The notes under the pieces: model-generated
Database searches by the model: none
Told to the model about the DNA's origin: nothing
What the model saw: the letters and a program-made list of their open reading frames with translations, nothing else
Made by a program: the position numbers and the translations under genes
In this document: one piece after another, positions 56,044 through 64,000 of the stretch
Numbering within the stretch: position 1 is the stretch's first letter
How the letters are laid out: each line of letters opens with the position of its first letter
Origin: Oscillospiraceae bacterium
GTDB lineage: Bacteria; Bacillota; Clostridia; Oscillospirales; Ruminococcaceae
Direction: 5' to 3'
Assembly: GCA_051882725.1 (NCBI GenBank)
Contig: JBJESJ010000149.1
Location: 142-64,141, forward strand
Length of the DNA stretch: 64,000 nt

Positions 56044-56226
56044 ATGATGGATTCATTCAATAAAAAAGAAAAAATGCGCATACGCAAGTTCCTGACTATT
56101 TCTGCGCCTGTGGTGGGAGCGCTGTTCCTGTTTCTGGCGTCGGGTATTTATATAGTGTACCGCATGGTCAGCGACTACAACTATAACGAACGCTGGAAGG
56201 ATTACGACGAGTGCGGTCTGGGCTGA
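56044..56226 (+). CDS. 60-aa single-TM protein of unknown function
   Basis: ATG 56044 after GAAAGGAG; KFLTISAPVVGALFLFLASGIYIVY TM segment. The ORF-track TTG 55945 lies in the AT-rich promoter region. Confidence 0.5.
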   Translation: MMDSFNKKEKMRIRKFLTISAPVVGALFLFLASGIYIVYRMVSDYNYNERWKDYDECGLG

Positions 56227-56231
56227 TAAGT

Positions 56232-57392
56232 ATGTACATTTATAATGCAAGAATAGATACTGTTACAAACGGCGTTATCCCTCTCGGATATGTTTCCGTT
56301 GAAAAAGGCAGGATAGCCGAGGTCTCCGAGGGCGAGCCGCCCCGCATATCTGCAGAGGATATCGACTGCGGCGGCTGTCTGCTGATGCCGGGATTTATCG
56401 ACAGTCACTCCCATATCGGACTTATCGGCGATGGTCAGGGTCCCGAGGGTGAGGACGTCAACGAGGATACCGACCCTATAACTCCGCAGCTGCGGACTAT
56501 CGATGGGCTGTGCTTTAACGACGGCTATTTCCGTGACGCCGTGAAAACCGGCGTGACCTGCGCTGTGACGGGCTGCGGCTCGGCTAATCCTATCGGAGGG
56601 GATCTTATCGCCGTTAAGACTTACGGCAGATGCGCCGATGAAATGCTTATCCGCCGCGCGGCTATCAAGCTTGCGCTGGGGGAGAATCCAAAGGTCACTT
56701 ACCGCGACAGGGACGAGACTCCCGTGACGAGAATGGCTTCCGCGGCGCTTATCCGCGAGGCTTTATTCACCGCCCGCCGCTATATGGAGGACAAGCTCGC
56801 CGCCGAGGAAAACGACGATGATATGCCCGATTTTGACATGAAATCCGAGGCGCTTATCCCTCTTCTGAAGAGGGAACTGAAGGCGCATTTCCACTGTCAC
56901 CGTGCGGACGATATTATGACCGCGGTGCGCATCGCTGAGGAATTTGATCTCGATTATGTGCTTATCCACTGCACGGAAGGACATATCATCGCAGATATTC
57001 TGGGCGAAAAGCAGGCAGTGGCTGCGGTGGGACCCATAATCTGCGACAGGGGCAAGCCCGAGCTGGCTCATTCTGATGTGAAAAATGCGGCTGTGCTGCA
57101 TGCTCACGGCGTAAAGGTCTCCATCTGCACCGACCACCCCGAGGTGCCCGTGGACTATCTGCCTGCCAGCGCGGCTTTCTGCGTGAAGGCGGGACTTCCC
57201 CGCAGCGAGGCGATACGGGCGGTGACCATTAACGCCGCCGAAACGGCAGGTATCGCAGACTGCGTGGGAAGCATCGAAAAGGGCAAGGACGCCGACCTTA
57301 TCCTCTTGGACGGCGACCCCCTCGATATTATGACAAATACTGTAATGACTATCATAGACGGCAAGGTCGTGTATGTGAGAACGAATAGCTGA
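56232..57392 (+). CDS. Metal-dependent amidohydrolase-superfamily protein
   Basis: MYIYNARIDT...CGGCLLMPGFIDSHSHIGL (HxH metal motif), ...GSIEKGKDADLILLD. Confidence 0.8.
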   Translation: MYIYNARIDTVTNGVIPLGYVSVEKGRIAEVSEGEPPRISAEDIDCGGCLLMPGFIDSHSHIGLIGDGQGPEGEDVNEDTDPITPQLRTIDGLCFNDGYFRDAVKTGVTCAVTGCGSANPIGGDLIAVKTYGRCADEMLIRRAAIKLALGENPKVTYRDRDETPVTRMASAALIREALFTARRYMEDKLAAEENDDDMPDFDMKSEALIPLLKRELKAHFHCHRADDIMTAVRIAEEFDLDYVLIHCTEGHIIADILGEKQAVAAVGPIICDRGKPELAHSDVKNAAVLHAHGVKVSICTDHPEVPVDYLPASAAFCVKAGLPRSEAIRAVTINAAETAGIADCVGSIEKGKDADLILLDGDPLDIMTNTVMTIIDGKVVYVRTNS

Positions 57393-57423
57393 TGGCTGAT
57401 CGTTAACAGGAAGGAGAATTTCT

Positions 57424-58266
57424 GTGAGAGAGATCGATACTGCGGAAATTGAAGAGATCGTCCGCAGCCTTTGTATAAAGGCTAATATATATCTTCCCGA
57501 GAGTCTGGAGGAGTGCATTAAATGCTCCGCCGAAAGGGAAGAATCGCCTACCGGTAAGGAGGTGCTTTCCGATCTGGCGAAAAATATCGACGTGGCAAAA
57601 GAAAAGCACATCGCCGTATGTCAGGACACGGGAATGGCGGTCATTTTCCTTGAAATAGGTCAGGACGTCCACTTTACGGGCGGCGGACTGTACGACGCCA
57701 TTAACAGAGGCGTTTCAAGAGGTTATACCGAGGGATATCTGCGCTGTTCCATCGTCGGCGACCCTCTCGAAAGGATTAACACAGGGGATAATACTCCTGC
57801 TGTTATACATACTGTAATAACCGAGAGGGACAAGGTCAGGATAGACGTATGTCCCAAGGGTTTTGGCAGTGAGAATATGTCGGCGCTCAAGATGTTCACG
57901 CCCTCGGCGACAATTGCCGATATCGAGGATTTTGTGGTATCGGTGGCTGCCAATGCGGGAAGCAATCCCTGTCCGCCGATGGTGCTGGGCGTGGGTATCG
58001 GAGGAAACTTCGAGCACTGCGCATATCTGGCGAAAAAGGCGCTTTGCAGGGATATTTCGATAAAAAATCCGAAGAAGCTTTATGCTGACATGGAGAAGAG
58101 CATTCTGGATAAGGTCAATAAGCTGGGCATTGGCCCGCAGGGCTTTGGCGGAAGAGTGACTGCGCTGAATGTGGCAATAGAGGAAGCACCCACGCATATA
58201 GCAGGGCTGCCCGTTGCGGTGAATATGGGCTGTCATGTCACAAGGCACGCGAGCGCGGAAATATGA
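57424..58266 (+). CDS. Fe-S type hydro-lyase alpha subunit (class I fumarate hydratase / L(+)-tartrate dehydratase alpha)
   Basis: GTG start after AGGAAGGAGA; IAVCQDTGMAVIFLEIGQDV, NTPAVIHT, PKGFGSENMS, CPPMVLGVGIGG; 280 aa. Confidence 0.85.
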   Translation: MREIDTAEIEEIVRSLCIKANIYLPESLEECIKCSAEREESPTGKEVLSDLAKNIDVAKEKHIAVCQDTGMAVIFLEIGQDVHFTGGGLYDAINRGVSRGYTEGYLRCSIVGDPLERINTGDNTPAVIHTVITERDKVRIDVCPKGFGSENMSALKMFTPSATIADIEDFVVSVAANAGSNPCPPMVLGVGIGGNFEHCAYLAKKALCRDISIKNPKKLYADMEKSILDKVNKLGIGPQGFGGRVTALNVAIEEAPTHIAGLPVAVNMGCHVTRHASAEI

Positions 58267-58741
58267 GTGAATAGTGAAGAGTGAACAGTTAATAGTGAAG
58301 GTGCGAGGCTGAGAGTAACCTAAGCTGAGCAGTAAGCCCGAATCAAAAAGTTCGCCAGCCTTTCAAGGCTGCAGGTTTCCAAAGGGCGGCGCCCTTTGGT
58401 CGCTGTCCGCAGACAGCGAAACACCCCCACCGGCGCGTAACACAGTGATGCTCTAAGTCTAAGCCGAAAAGACGAACAATTGATAACGCCGCCCGTGTAA
58501 AAAAAACGCGGACGGAAGCAAATGCTCATCAAACAATTGCGAAAAGTAAGCTATTCACGGGCGGCGTTGCATTTGACAGCGAAGCGAATCAAATGCGCGG
58601 AGCAAAGCTCCGCCGAGAGCGAACCGTGAATAGTCGGCAAATCATAAGCATATCAACAAACAAATCGACCCGAAACCAAGCATAAATATAGTATAGAGCT
58701 GAATACGGCATCTGTTAACTATTAATTGTTAACTGTTCACT
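58266..58741 (+). repeat. Mosaic repeat copy bracketed by inverted heptamer arrays (MITE-like architecture)
   Basis: Five in-register heptamers AGTGAAT AGTGAAG AGTGAAC AGTTAAT AGTGAAG (58266-58300). Modules 2 and 3 are internal. Four inverted heptamers at 58714-58741. Confidence 0.85.
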
Positions 58742-58758
58742 GAATTGAGGGAGGATTT

Positions 58759-60423
58759 ATGAATATAAAAAAAATAATCGCTTTTCTGGCGGCGGCAGCT
58801 GTGCTTTCTGTGTCGATGACTGCATGCGGGAATAATGGCGGCTCTTCCGAGGACGGCTCGGAAGATACGTCCGCTGCGAGCACAGAGACTGCGGCAGAGG
58901 GAAATACAGACGCAAAGGAGGAGAATGCTTCGGAGATCAAGGCTATTTACGGAGAGATCCGTACAGAATATAACGACGCTCTTGACCTGTCCGATTATCC
59001 CCTGACTCCGAACGATGTTCCCGACGGCTATGAGGCTGTCTTTGAGGCGGAAGACGGCATACTTACAGGAAATGCTGCCGCTAAGGACGGCGGAGATCTC
59101 GCTTCGGGCGGCGGATATGTGGACGGCATCAACGTTGAGGGCGACAGCGTGACCTTCGTTGTCAACTGCGAATATTCGGGATTTTATGACCTGAATTTCC
59201 TCACTATGGGCGACCCCGGACGGGTCAACTACATAATCGCTGACGGCGAACAGATAGGCGAGATCACTACCACAACAAAGGAAAGCTTCGGGGATTCAAT
59301 ATTACTCAATGTATATTTTGATGAGGGAGAGCATGAGATAGCTATCAAGCCTTACTGGGGCTATATCTATGCGGACTGCCTTAAAATGACCAAGAGCACC
59401 GCTGTTACGGAGGATACCTACAATGTAACAAAGCCGCTGTCTAATCCCAATGCGGACGAGAATGCTCAGAGATTGTATAAATTCCTCTGCGATATATACG
59501 GAAAGTATAGTCTTTCGGGACAGTACGCCGACAACGGCAGGGATTCTACCGAGGTCAAGCGCATCAAGGAAGCGACCGGCAAGGAGTTTGCTGTGCTCGG
59601 CGTGGATATGATGGGCTACGACAGCACCTCGATCGCTCACGGCGACGAGGGCAAGTCCGTTGAACTGGCTTACGACTGGTACAACAATGCGGGCGGAATC
59701 GTGCAGATGCTCTGGCACTGGAGAGTGCCCGGGGATTATTGCCTTAACAATGCGGACAATCCGTGGTACAGCTCCTTCTACAAGGAGGGCGCGGCTATCG
59801 ACCTCGACAAGATCATGAACGGTGAAGACGAAAATGGCTATCAGCTGCTTATGGACGATATCGACATGATATCCGAACAGCTTGCAAGACTCCGCGACGC
59901 AGGCGTGCCCGTGCTGTGGAGACCTCTTCACGAGGCGGCGGGCGGCTGGTTCTGGTGGGGCGACTGCTCCCCCGAGAGCTATAAGAAGCTGTGGAATGTA
60001 ATGTACGAGAAGATGACCGTGGAGCATAATCTGACAAACCTTATCTGGATATGGAACGGTCAGGATCCCGAGTGGTACCCCGGTGATGATACCGTGGATA
60101 TCGCGGCTTGGGATATATATCCGGGAAATCACGTATATACATCGCAGAGCGGACGGTTTGCCGATCTGGCGACGAACTACGGCTCGGAGAGCAAGCTTAT
60201 CGCACTGACCGAGAACGGCTGCGTGCCCGACCCCGACAATACCTTCAGAGATAACGCAAGATGGCTGTTCTGGGGCACATGGAGCGATCCGTTCACTCTC
60301 AAGCTGGGCGTTGTGCTCAACGATGAATATACCGAAACGGATATGCTTATCAAGACGTACAATCATGACAGGGTGCTTACTCTGGACGAGCTCCCGGATC
60401 TGAAAAATTATCCGCTGGATTAA
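58759..60423 (+). CDS. Lipoprotein GH26 endo-beta-1,4-mannanase with an N-terminal CBM6/35-like module
   Basis: Lipobox SVSMTACGN; CBM-like YEAVFEAEDGILTGNAA...; GH26 motifs LWHWRVPG, VLWRPLHEAAGGWFWWG, LIWIWNG. Confidence 0.8.
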   Translation: MNIKKIIAFLAAAAVLSVSMTACGNNGGSSEDGSEDTSAASTETAAEGNTDAKEENASEIKAIYGEIRTEYNDALDLSDYPLTPNDVPDGYEAVFEAEDGILTGNAAAKDGGDLASGGGYVDGINVEGDSVTFVVNCEYSGFYDLNFLTMGDPGRVNYIIADGEQIGEITTTTKESFGDSILLNVYFDEGEHEIAIKPYWGYIYADCLKMTKSTAVTEDTYNVTKPLSNPNADENAQRLYKFLCDIYGKYSLSGQYADNGRDSTEVKRIKEATGKEFAVLGVDMMGYDSTSIAHGDEGKSVELAYDWYNNAGGIVQMLWHWRVPGDYCLNNADNPWYSSFYKEGAAIDLDKIMNGEDENGYQLLMDDIDMISEQLARLRDAGVPVLWRPLHEAAGGWFWWGDCSPESYKKLWNVMYEKMTVEHNLTNLIWIWNGQDPEWYPGDDTVDIAAWDIYPGNHVYTSQSGRFADLATNYGSESKLIALTENGCVPDPDNTFRDNARWLFWGTWSDPFTLKLGVVLNDEYTETDMLIKTYNHDRVLTLDELPDLKNYPLD

Positions 60424-60434
60424 GCTGAATATGG

Positions 60435-60465
60435 GCGGCAGGGACTTGTGTTCCTGCCGCTTTGC
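60435..60465 (+). terminator. Terminator-like hairpin after the mannanase gene
   Basis: GCGGCAGG (60435-60442) pairs with CCTGCCGC (60453-60460), then TTTG (short U-tract). Confidence 0.5.
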
Positions 60466-60501
60466 TCAAAAGTCTTGCCGGTGCAGGATATGGAGGACAT
60501 A

Positions 60502-61056
60502 ATGAAGAAGATCTATAAATACATAATAGGTGCTTTAGCGGTTATCTTAGTGCTTGTCCTGTTTTTTGTGAGAAAGGATATATGCAGAGCTATATATGTT
60601 TCTCAGAATAAAGATATCTGTATATATACACATCCGGAGGACAGATTTGTTTATATGGCTGAAATTCCCGATGAAAGCTCTGACTCCGGCGACGCTCGGA
60701 ATGAATTTCTGCTCAGGATCTACTCGTATGAAAAGCTTGGTTTCATAGATGATCATATACTTGAAGTCAACCATTATTATGATGATACGGAGCATCCTTA
60801 TCATTTGGAATTTTTTACGGTGAATATTCCCGATGAATACGGCACTGCAGAAGAGATCGTCAGTATCGAAGCCCTGACGGAAGAGGATATGTCAGCCTAT
60901 GGCTTTAAGAAGTATGAATATGAGTATTCAAATAATGTATTGGAGCAGATAAAGCTGTATTCGGTAACAATGAGCGATGGCTCACAGTATGTGATATACA
61001 AAAGATTTAATAAATTATATATGCGCGGTGAGCCGGAACGAGAGGGTGACAAATAG
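60502..61056 (+). CDS. Membrane-anchored hypothetical protein (start 60490 or 60502)
   Basis: MKKIYKYIIGALAVILVLVLFFV after GGAGGA. The ORF-track start 60448 lies inside the upstream terminator hairpin. Confidence 0.5.
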   Translation: MKKIYKYIIGALAVILVLVLFFVRKDICRAIYVSQNKDICIYTHPEDRFVYMAEIPDESSDSGDARNEFLLRIYSYEKLGFIDDHILEVNHYYDDTEHPYHLEFFTVNIPDEYGTAEEIVSIEALTEEDMSAYGFKKYEYEYSNNVLEQIKLYSVTMSDGSQYVIYKRFNKLYMRGEPEREGDK

Positions 61057-61057
61057 C

Positions 61058-61453
61058 ATGATACTGGCAGAAAGCAAAAACTACATCATTACCAATGAAT
61101 ACGAATCGGTATATCTGACGGACAGGCATACAAACACTGTACTGTCGGAAATTGCCGATATGTACGGCGACCCCGAAGGAGCTTTCATTTCCGACGATGA
61201 AGGCTATTGCGTGGTTTACGGCTGCGGAGCTGTTGTGTATATGCTGTGTGAGCCGTTTCTCAATTATGGGTATGAGCCAAACTCCCGTCAATGGTTCGAC
61301 ATTATGAGGGACGGTGATATGTGGTTCACGGGCGTTGTTTATTCGGACGCGGAAAAGCTCGTGCTTCGCTCCGAGGACGGGCGGCTGTTTGAAGCGGATA
61401 TAATACAGATCCCCAATAAAAGTGTAGACAAAAAATCTGCGCAAGATCCATAA
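61058..61453 (+). CDS. Hypothetical protein
   Basis: ATG 61058 follows GAGGGTGA and the upstream TAG stop. No recognisable motifs. Confidence 0.45.
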   Translation: MILAESKNYIITNEYESVYLTDRHTNTVLSEIADMYGDPEGAFISDDEGYCVVYGCGAVVYMLCEPFLNYGYEPNSRQWFDIMRDGDMWFTGVVYSDAEKLVLRSEDGRLFEADIIQIPNKSVDKKSAQDP

Positions 61454-61477
61454 ATCTAAGATCTTGCTTGATTTTTT
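61442..61477 (+). terminator. Rho-independent terminator
   Basis: CAAGATC (61442-61448) pairs with GATCTTG (61460-61466), with the stop codon in the loop, then CTTGATTTTTT. Confidence 0.6.
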
Positions 61478-61624
61478 GTACACTTTTTAATTTGGGATCT
61501 GTATAAGGGCACGCAGGGTGACTCAGATCAAAGAATGTCCGTGATATTGTCTTTATAATTGTATCAATAACGGGACTTTCGGCTGCCGAAGTCCCAAAAA
61601 GGTCATATTTTCGGAAAAAATCTA

Positions 61625-61653
61625 TTGACAGCAGGGAACGTTTGTACTATAAT
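61625..61653 (+). promoter_or_regulatory. Consensus sigma-A promoter of recA
   Basis: TTGACA (61625-61630), 17 nt, TATAAT (61648-61653). Confidence 0.75.
61636..61647 (+). promoter_or_regulatory. LexA (Cheo-box-like) operator inside the recA promoter spacer
   Basis: GAAC-gttt-GTAC versus the Firmicute SOS box GAAC-N4-GTTC (one mismatch). Confidence 0.55.
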
Positions 61654-61794
61654 ATAAGTATCACAGAAAATACATGACGAAATATATTGCATGTAATATA
61701 CTTATAGTATAACGATGAATAACCGTATAATATTCAATATATAATACAAATTGTATAGAATATAACTCACGGAATAAACAGGGAGGAATTATCT

Positions 61795-63015
61795 ATGGCA
61801 GCATCAAAAAAGGCAGAGGTAAAAAAATCGGCAGTTTCGGTGGCAAAGCAGCTCACCGCAGAGGAAAAGCAGAAGGCTCTTTCCTCGGCTATCGCACAGC
61901 TTGAAAAACAGTACGGCACCGGAGCGGTAATGAAGCTCGGCGAAGCCTTCAATTACAACGTTGACCATATCCCCACAGGATCTATGACCCTTGACATGGC
62001 TCTCGGCATAGGCGGCGTTCCCAGAGGACGCGTTGTTGAGATATACGGACCCGAAAGCTCCGGTAAGACCACCGTTGCTCTGCAGGTGGTGGCGCAGGCT
62101 CAGAAAAACGGCGGAAATGCTGCATTTATCGACGTTGAGCATGCTCTCGACCCCATTTATGCAAAGGCTCTCGGCGTGGATATCGATAATCTGCTCGTAT
62201 CCCAGCCCGACAGCGGTGAGCAGGCGCTGGAAATTATGGAGGCTCTCGTCCGTTCGGGAGCTATCGACTGCATCGTTCTGGACTCCGTTGCGGCTATGGT
62301 AACAAAAGCCGAGATAGACGGCGAAATGGGCGATACTCATGTGGGACAGCTGGCAAGACTTATGTCACAGGCCATGAGAAAGCTGACCTCGGTCATCTCC
62401 AAGACAAACTGCGTGGCAATATTCATCAATCAGGTCCGCGAGAAGATAGGCGTGATGTACGGCAATCCCGAGACTACCCCCGGCGGACGTGCGCTGAAAT
62501 TCTATGCTTCCGTGAGAATTGAAGTCCGCAGAGGCGAGGTCATCAAGAGCGGCTCCGACGTTATCGGCAACAGGACAAAGTGCAAGATAGTCAAGAACAA
62601 GGTGGCTCCTCCCTTCAAGGAGTGCGAGTTTGACATGTTCTACGGCAAGGGCGTTTCCAGAACGGGCGAGGTCATCGACCTGGCAGCGGAGCTGAATATC
62701 GTCAAGAAAAGCGGCGCATGGTATTCCTACAAGGATAACAAGATAGGTCAGGGACGTGAAGCCGCAAAGGATTATCTGCAGGCAAATCCCGATGTTATGC
62801 AGGAGATAGAAAAGCTTGTAATGGAAAAATCCGAGGAGATAGTGTTCTCCTCCAGAAAGAGCAAGAAGGACGCGGAGCTTCAGGCGGCTGCGGAAAATGC
62901 TCTTGAAGCCTCTGCGGAGGCGGCACCTGCTCCTGCGGCGGAGGAAAAATCTCCCATAGCGGGCGTGGACATCGACGCGGACGATGATTTCGAGGAATTC
63001 ACTCCCCTTGAATGA
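61795..63015 (+). CDS. recA: Recombinase RecA (with a roughly 50-aa acidic/Ala-rich C-terminal tail)
   Basis: [19 protein letters not shown] (Walker A), [41 protein letters not shown]. Confidence 0.97.
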   Translation: MAASKKAEVKKSAVSVAKQLTAEEKQKALSSAIAQLEKQYGTGAVMKLGEAFNYNVDHIPTGSMTLDMALGIGGVPRGRVVEIYGPESSGKTTVALQVVAQAQKNGGNAAFIDVEHALDPIYAKALGVDIDNLLVSQPDSGEQALEIMEALVRSGAIDCIVLDSVAAMVTKAEIDGEMGDTHVGQLARLMSQAMRKLTSVISKTNCVAIFINQVREKIGVMYGNPETTPGGRALKFYASVRIEVRRGEVIKSGSDVIGNRTKCKIVKNKVAPPFKECEFDMFYGKGVSRTGEVIDLAAELNIVKKSGAWYSYKDNKIGQGREAAKDYLQANPDVMQEIEKLVMEKSEEIVFSSRKSKKDAELQAAAENALEASAEAAPAPAAEEKSPIAGVDIDADDDFEEFTPLE

Positions 63016-63035
63016 TATCCATTGGAGCAGCTGAA

Positions 63036-63650
63036 ATGGAACTGATAAAAATTGCCGACATAGGCATATACAAGGGCGAAACTGCGTACATAGAGACTGA
63101 GGACGGGGAGAAATATTTCGTTCATCAGAGCATGATATACGAGTTTCATCTGAAAAAGGGCATGGAGATACCGCCCTCGGCGCTGGAAGAGGTGATGAAC
63201 GAGAATCTCTACCGAAAGGCCAAGGAGCGTGCTTTGTATCTTCTTGACAAGCGGGAATACGGATATGCGGAGCTGTTCCGCAAGCTTGAGGAAAATTACG
63301 ATGAGGACATCTGCTATCGGGTCTGCAACAAGCTGGCGGAGCTGCATCTCATCGACGACAGGCGCTATGCTGCGCGGCTGGCGGAGTATTACTCCTGCAC
63401 GAAAAAATTCGGGAAGTACCGCGCAAAACAGGAGATGATGCGCCGTGGGATAAGCTCGTCTCTCGCCGAGGAAGCACTGGCAGAATATGAGGACAGTGCG
63501 TCAGAGCGGCTTCGTGAGGTCGTGGAGAAGAAGTACGAACGGTACCTCACCGACAGAAAGGGTGCAGAGAAGGTCAAGGCTGCGCTGGTGCGGCAGGGGT
63601 ATTCCTTTTCCGATATAAAGGAAGTCCTTGACGAGTATGAATTCGACTGA
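63036..63650 (+). CDS. recX: RecA regulator RecX
   Basis: ATG 63036 lies 8 nt after GGAG; LLDKREYGYAELFRKL, LIDDRRYAARLAEYY, three-helix repeat pattern. The ORF-track start 63012 overlaps the recA stop. Confidence 0.8.
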   Translation: MELIKIADIGIYKGETAYIETEDGEKYFVHQSMIYEFHLKKGMEIPPSALEEVMNENLYRKAKERALYLLDKREYGYAELFRKLEENYDEDICYRVCNKLAELHLIDDRRYAARLAEYYSCTKKFGKYRAKQEMMRRGISSSLAEEALAEYEDSASERLREVVEKKYERYLTDRKGAEKVKAALVRQGYSFSDIKEVLDEYEFD

Positions 63651-63717
63651 TGGTCGGATTAGTGTCAAATACACAAAAAAGAGCGATAAATTTTCAAAAA
63701 TACGTATAAAAAATATA

Positions 63718-63746
63718 ATGAAATTTTTAAAACGTTGTGATATAAT
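63718..63746 (+). promoter_or_regulatory. Candidate extended -10 promoter
   Basis: TGaTATAAT (63738-63746) with a weak -35 TGAAAA. The same GTGATATAAT 10-mer occurs at 38662-38671 and 48638-48647. Confidence 0.4.
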
Positions 63747-63927
63747 AAGTGTTAACCGCAAAAGTGTATATTTCGCGGTGACAAACAGATAATACTGTTG
63801 TAAATCGTATTTTCGGAAGCTTTGCGATCGCTGCGGTATATCCTGATACTTCGGGGAAAGCGGAGCGGATGAAGATATGTTTATATATATCTTTGCTTTT
63901 GATGCCGGAATCATCGGAAGGAAAGAC

Positions 63928-63966
63928 CTCCGCAGTTAGCTGGAAATGACTGCGGAGTTTTATTTG
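63928..63966 (+). terminator. Rho-independent terminator/attenuator
   Basis: CTCCGCAGT (63928-63936) pairs with ACTGCGGAG (63949-63957), then TTTTATTT. Confidence 0.75.
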
Positions 63967-64000
63967 GGATTATGACTACTGTCTGCGGGAAAATTGACCG

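Noticed and set aside
61572-61595. The GGGACTTTCGG/CCGAAGTCCC hairpin upstream of recA as a terminator
   Set aside because: It is followed by A-rich rather than T-rich sequence on the plus strand, and there is no gene on the minus strand to terminate. The real terminator for the upstream gene is at 61442-61477.

Overview
The window looks like a chromosomal segment from a motile Firmicute, probably Clostridia at about 50% GC; the taxon is inferred from gene order and protein motifs only. There are three blocks. (1) 1-5140 is the end of a dcw cell-wall cluster: a MurE-MurF fusion, an MraY-like gene with substituted catalytic motifs, ftsW and murG. (2) 5141-32365 is a large co-directional flagellar/chemotaxis cluster in the order flgB flgC fliE fliF fliG fliH fliI fliJ fliK flgD (flagellar operon protein) flgE flbD motA motB fliM fliY cheY fliO fliP fliQ fliR flhB flhA fliA flgF flgG cheC cheD. 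(3) 32366-64000 holds housekeeping and accessory genes: GNAT, polysaccharide deacetylase, lipoprotein, RNase P RNA, coaD, rsmD, two paralogous secreted proteins, a DEDDh exonuclease, pheST with a T-box leader, acpS, polA, cls, a G5/3D cell-wall protein, an amidohydrolase, a fumarate hydratase alpha subunit, a GH26 mannanase, recA and recX. I saw no rRNA, tRNA, CRISPR array, transposase, integrase, prophage or recognisable defence system. The most unusual signal is non-coding. A mosaic, hairpin-rich intergenic repeat family starts at or next to stop codons at 5-6 loci, and is partly bracketed by in-register AGTKAAN heptamer arrays. Other oddities are a catalytically degenerate MraY homologue, the in-frame murE-murF fusion, a tandemly duplicated FlbD, a FliY with two internal CheY-binding-like peptides, a 595-aa FlgD, motA and motB separated by a terminator-like hairpin and a promoter-like site, and absence of fliL and flhF/flhG from their usual positions. 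All calls come from reading the ORF translations and the DNA by eye; no database search was run.
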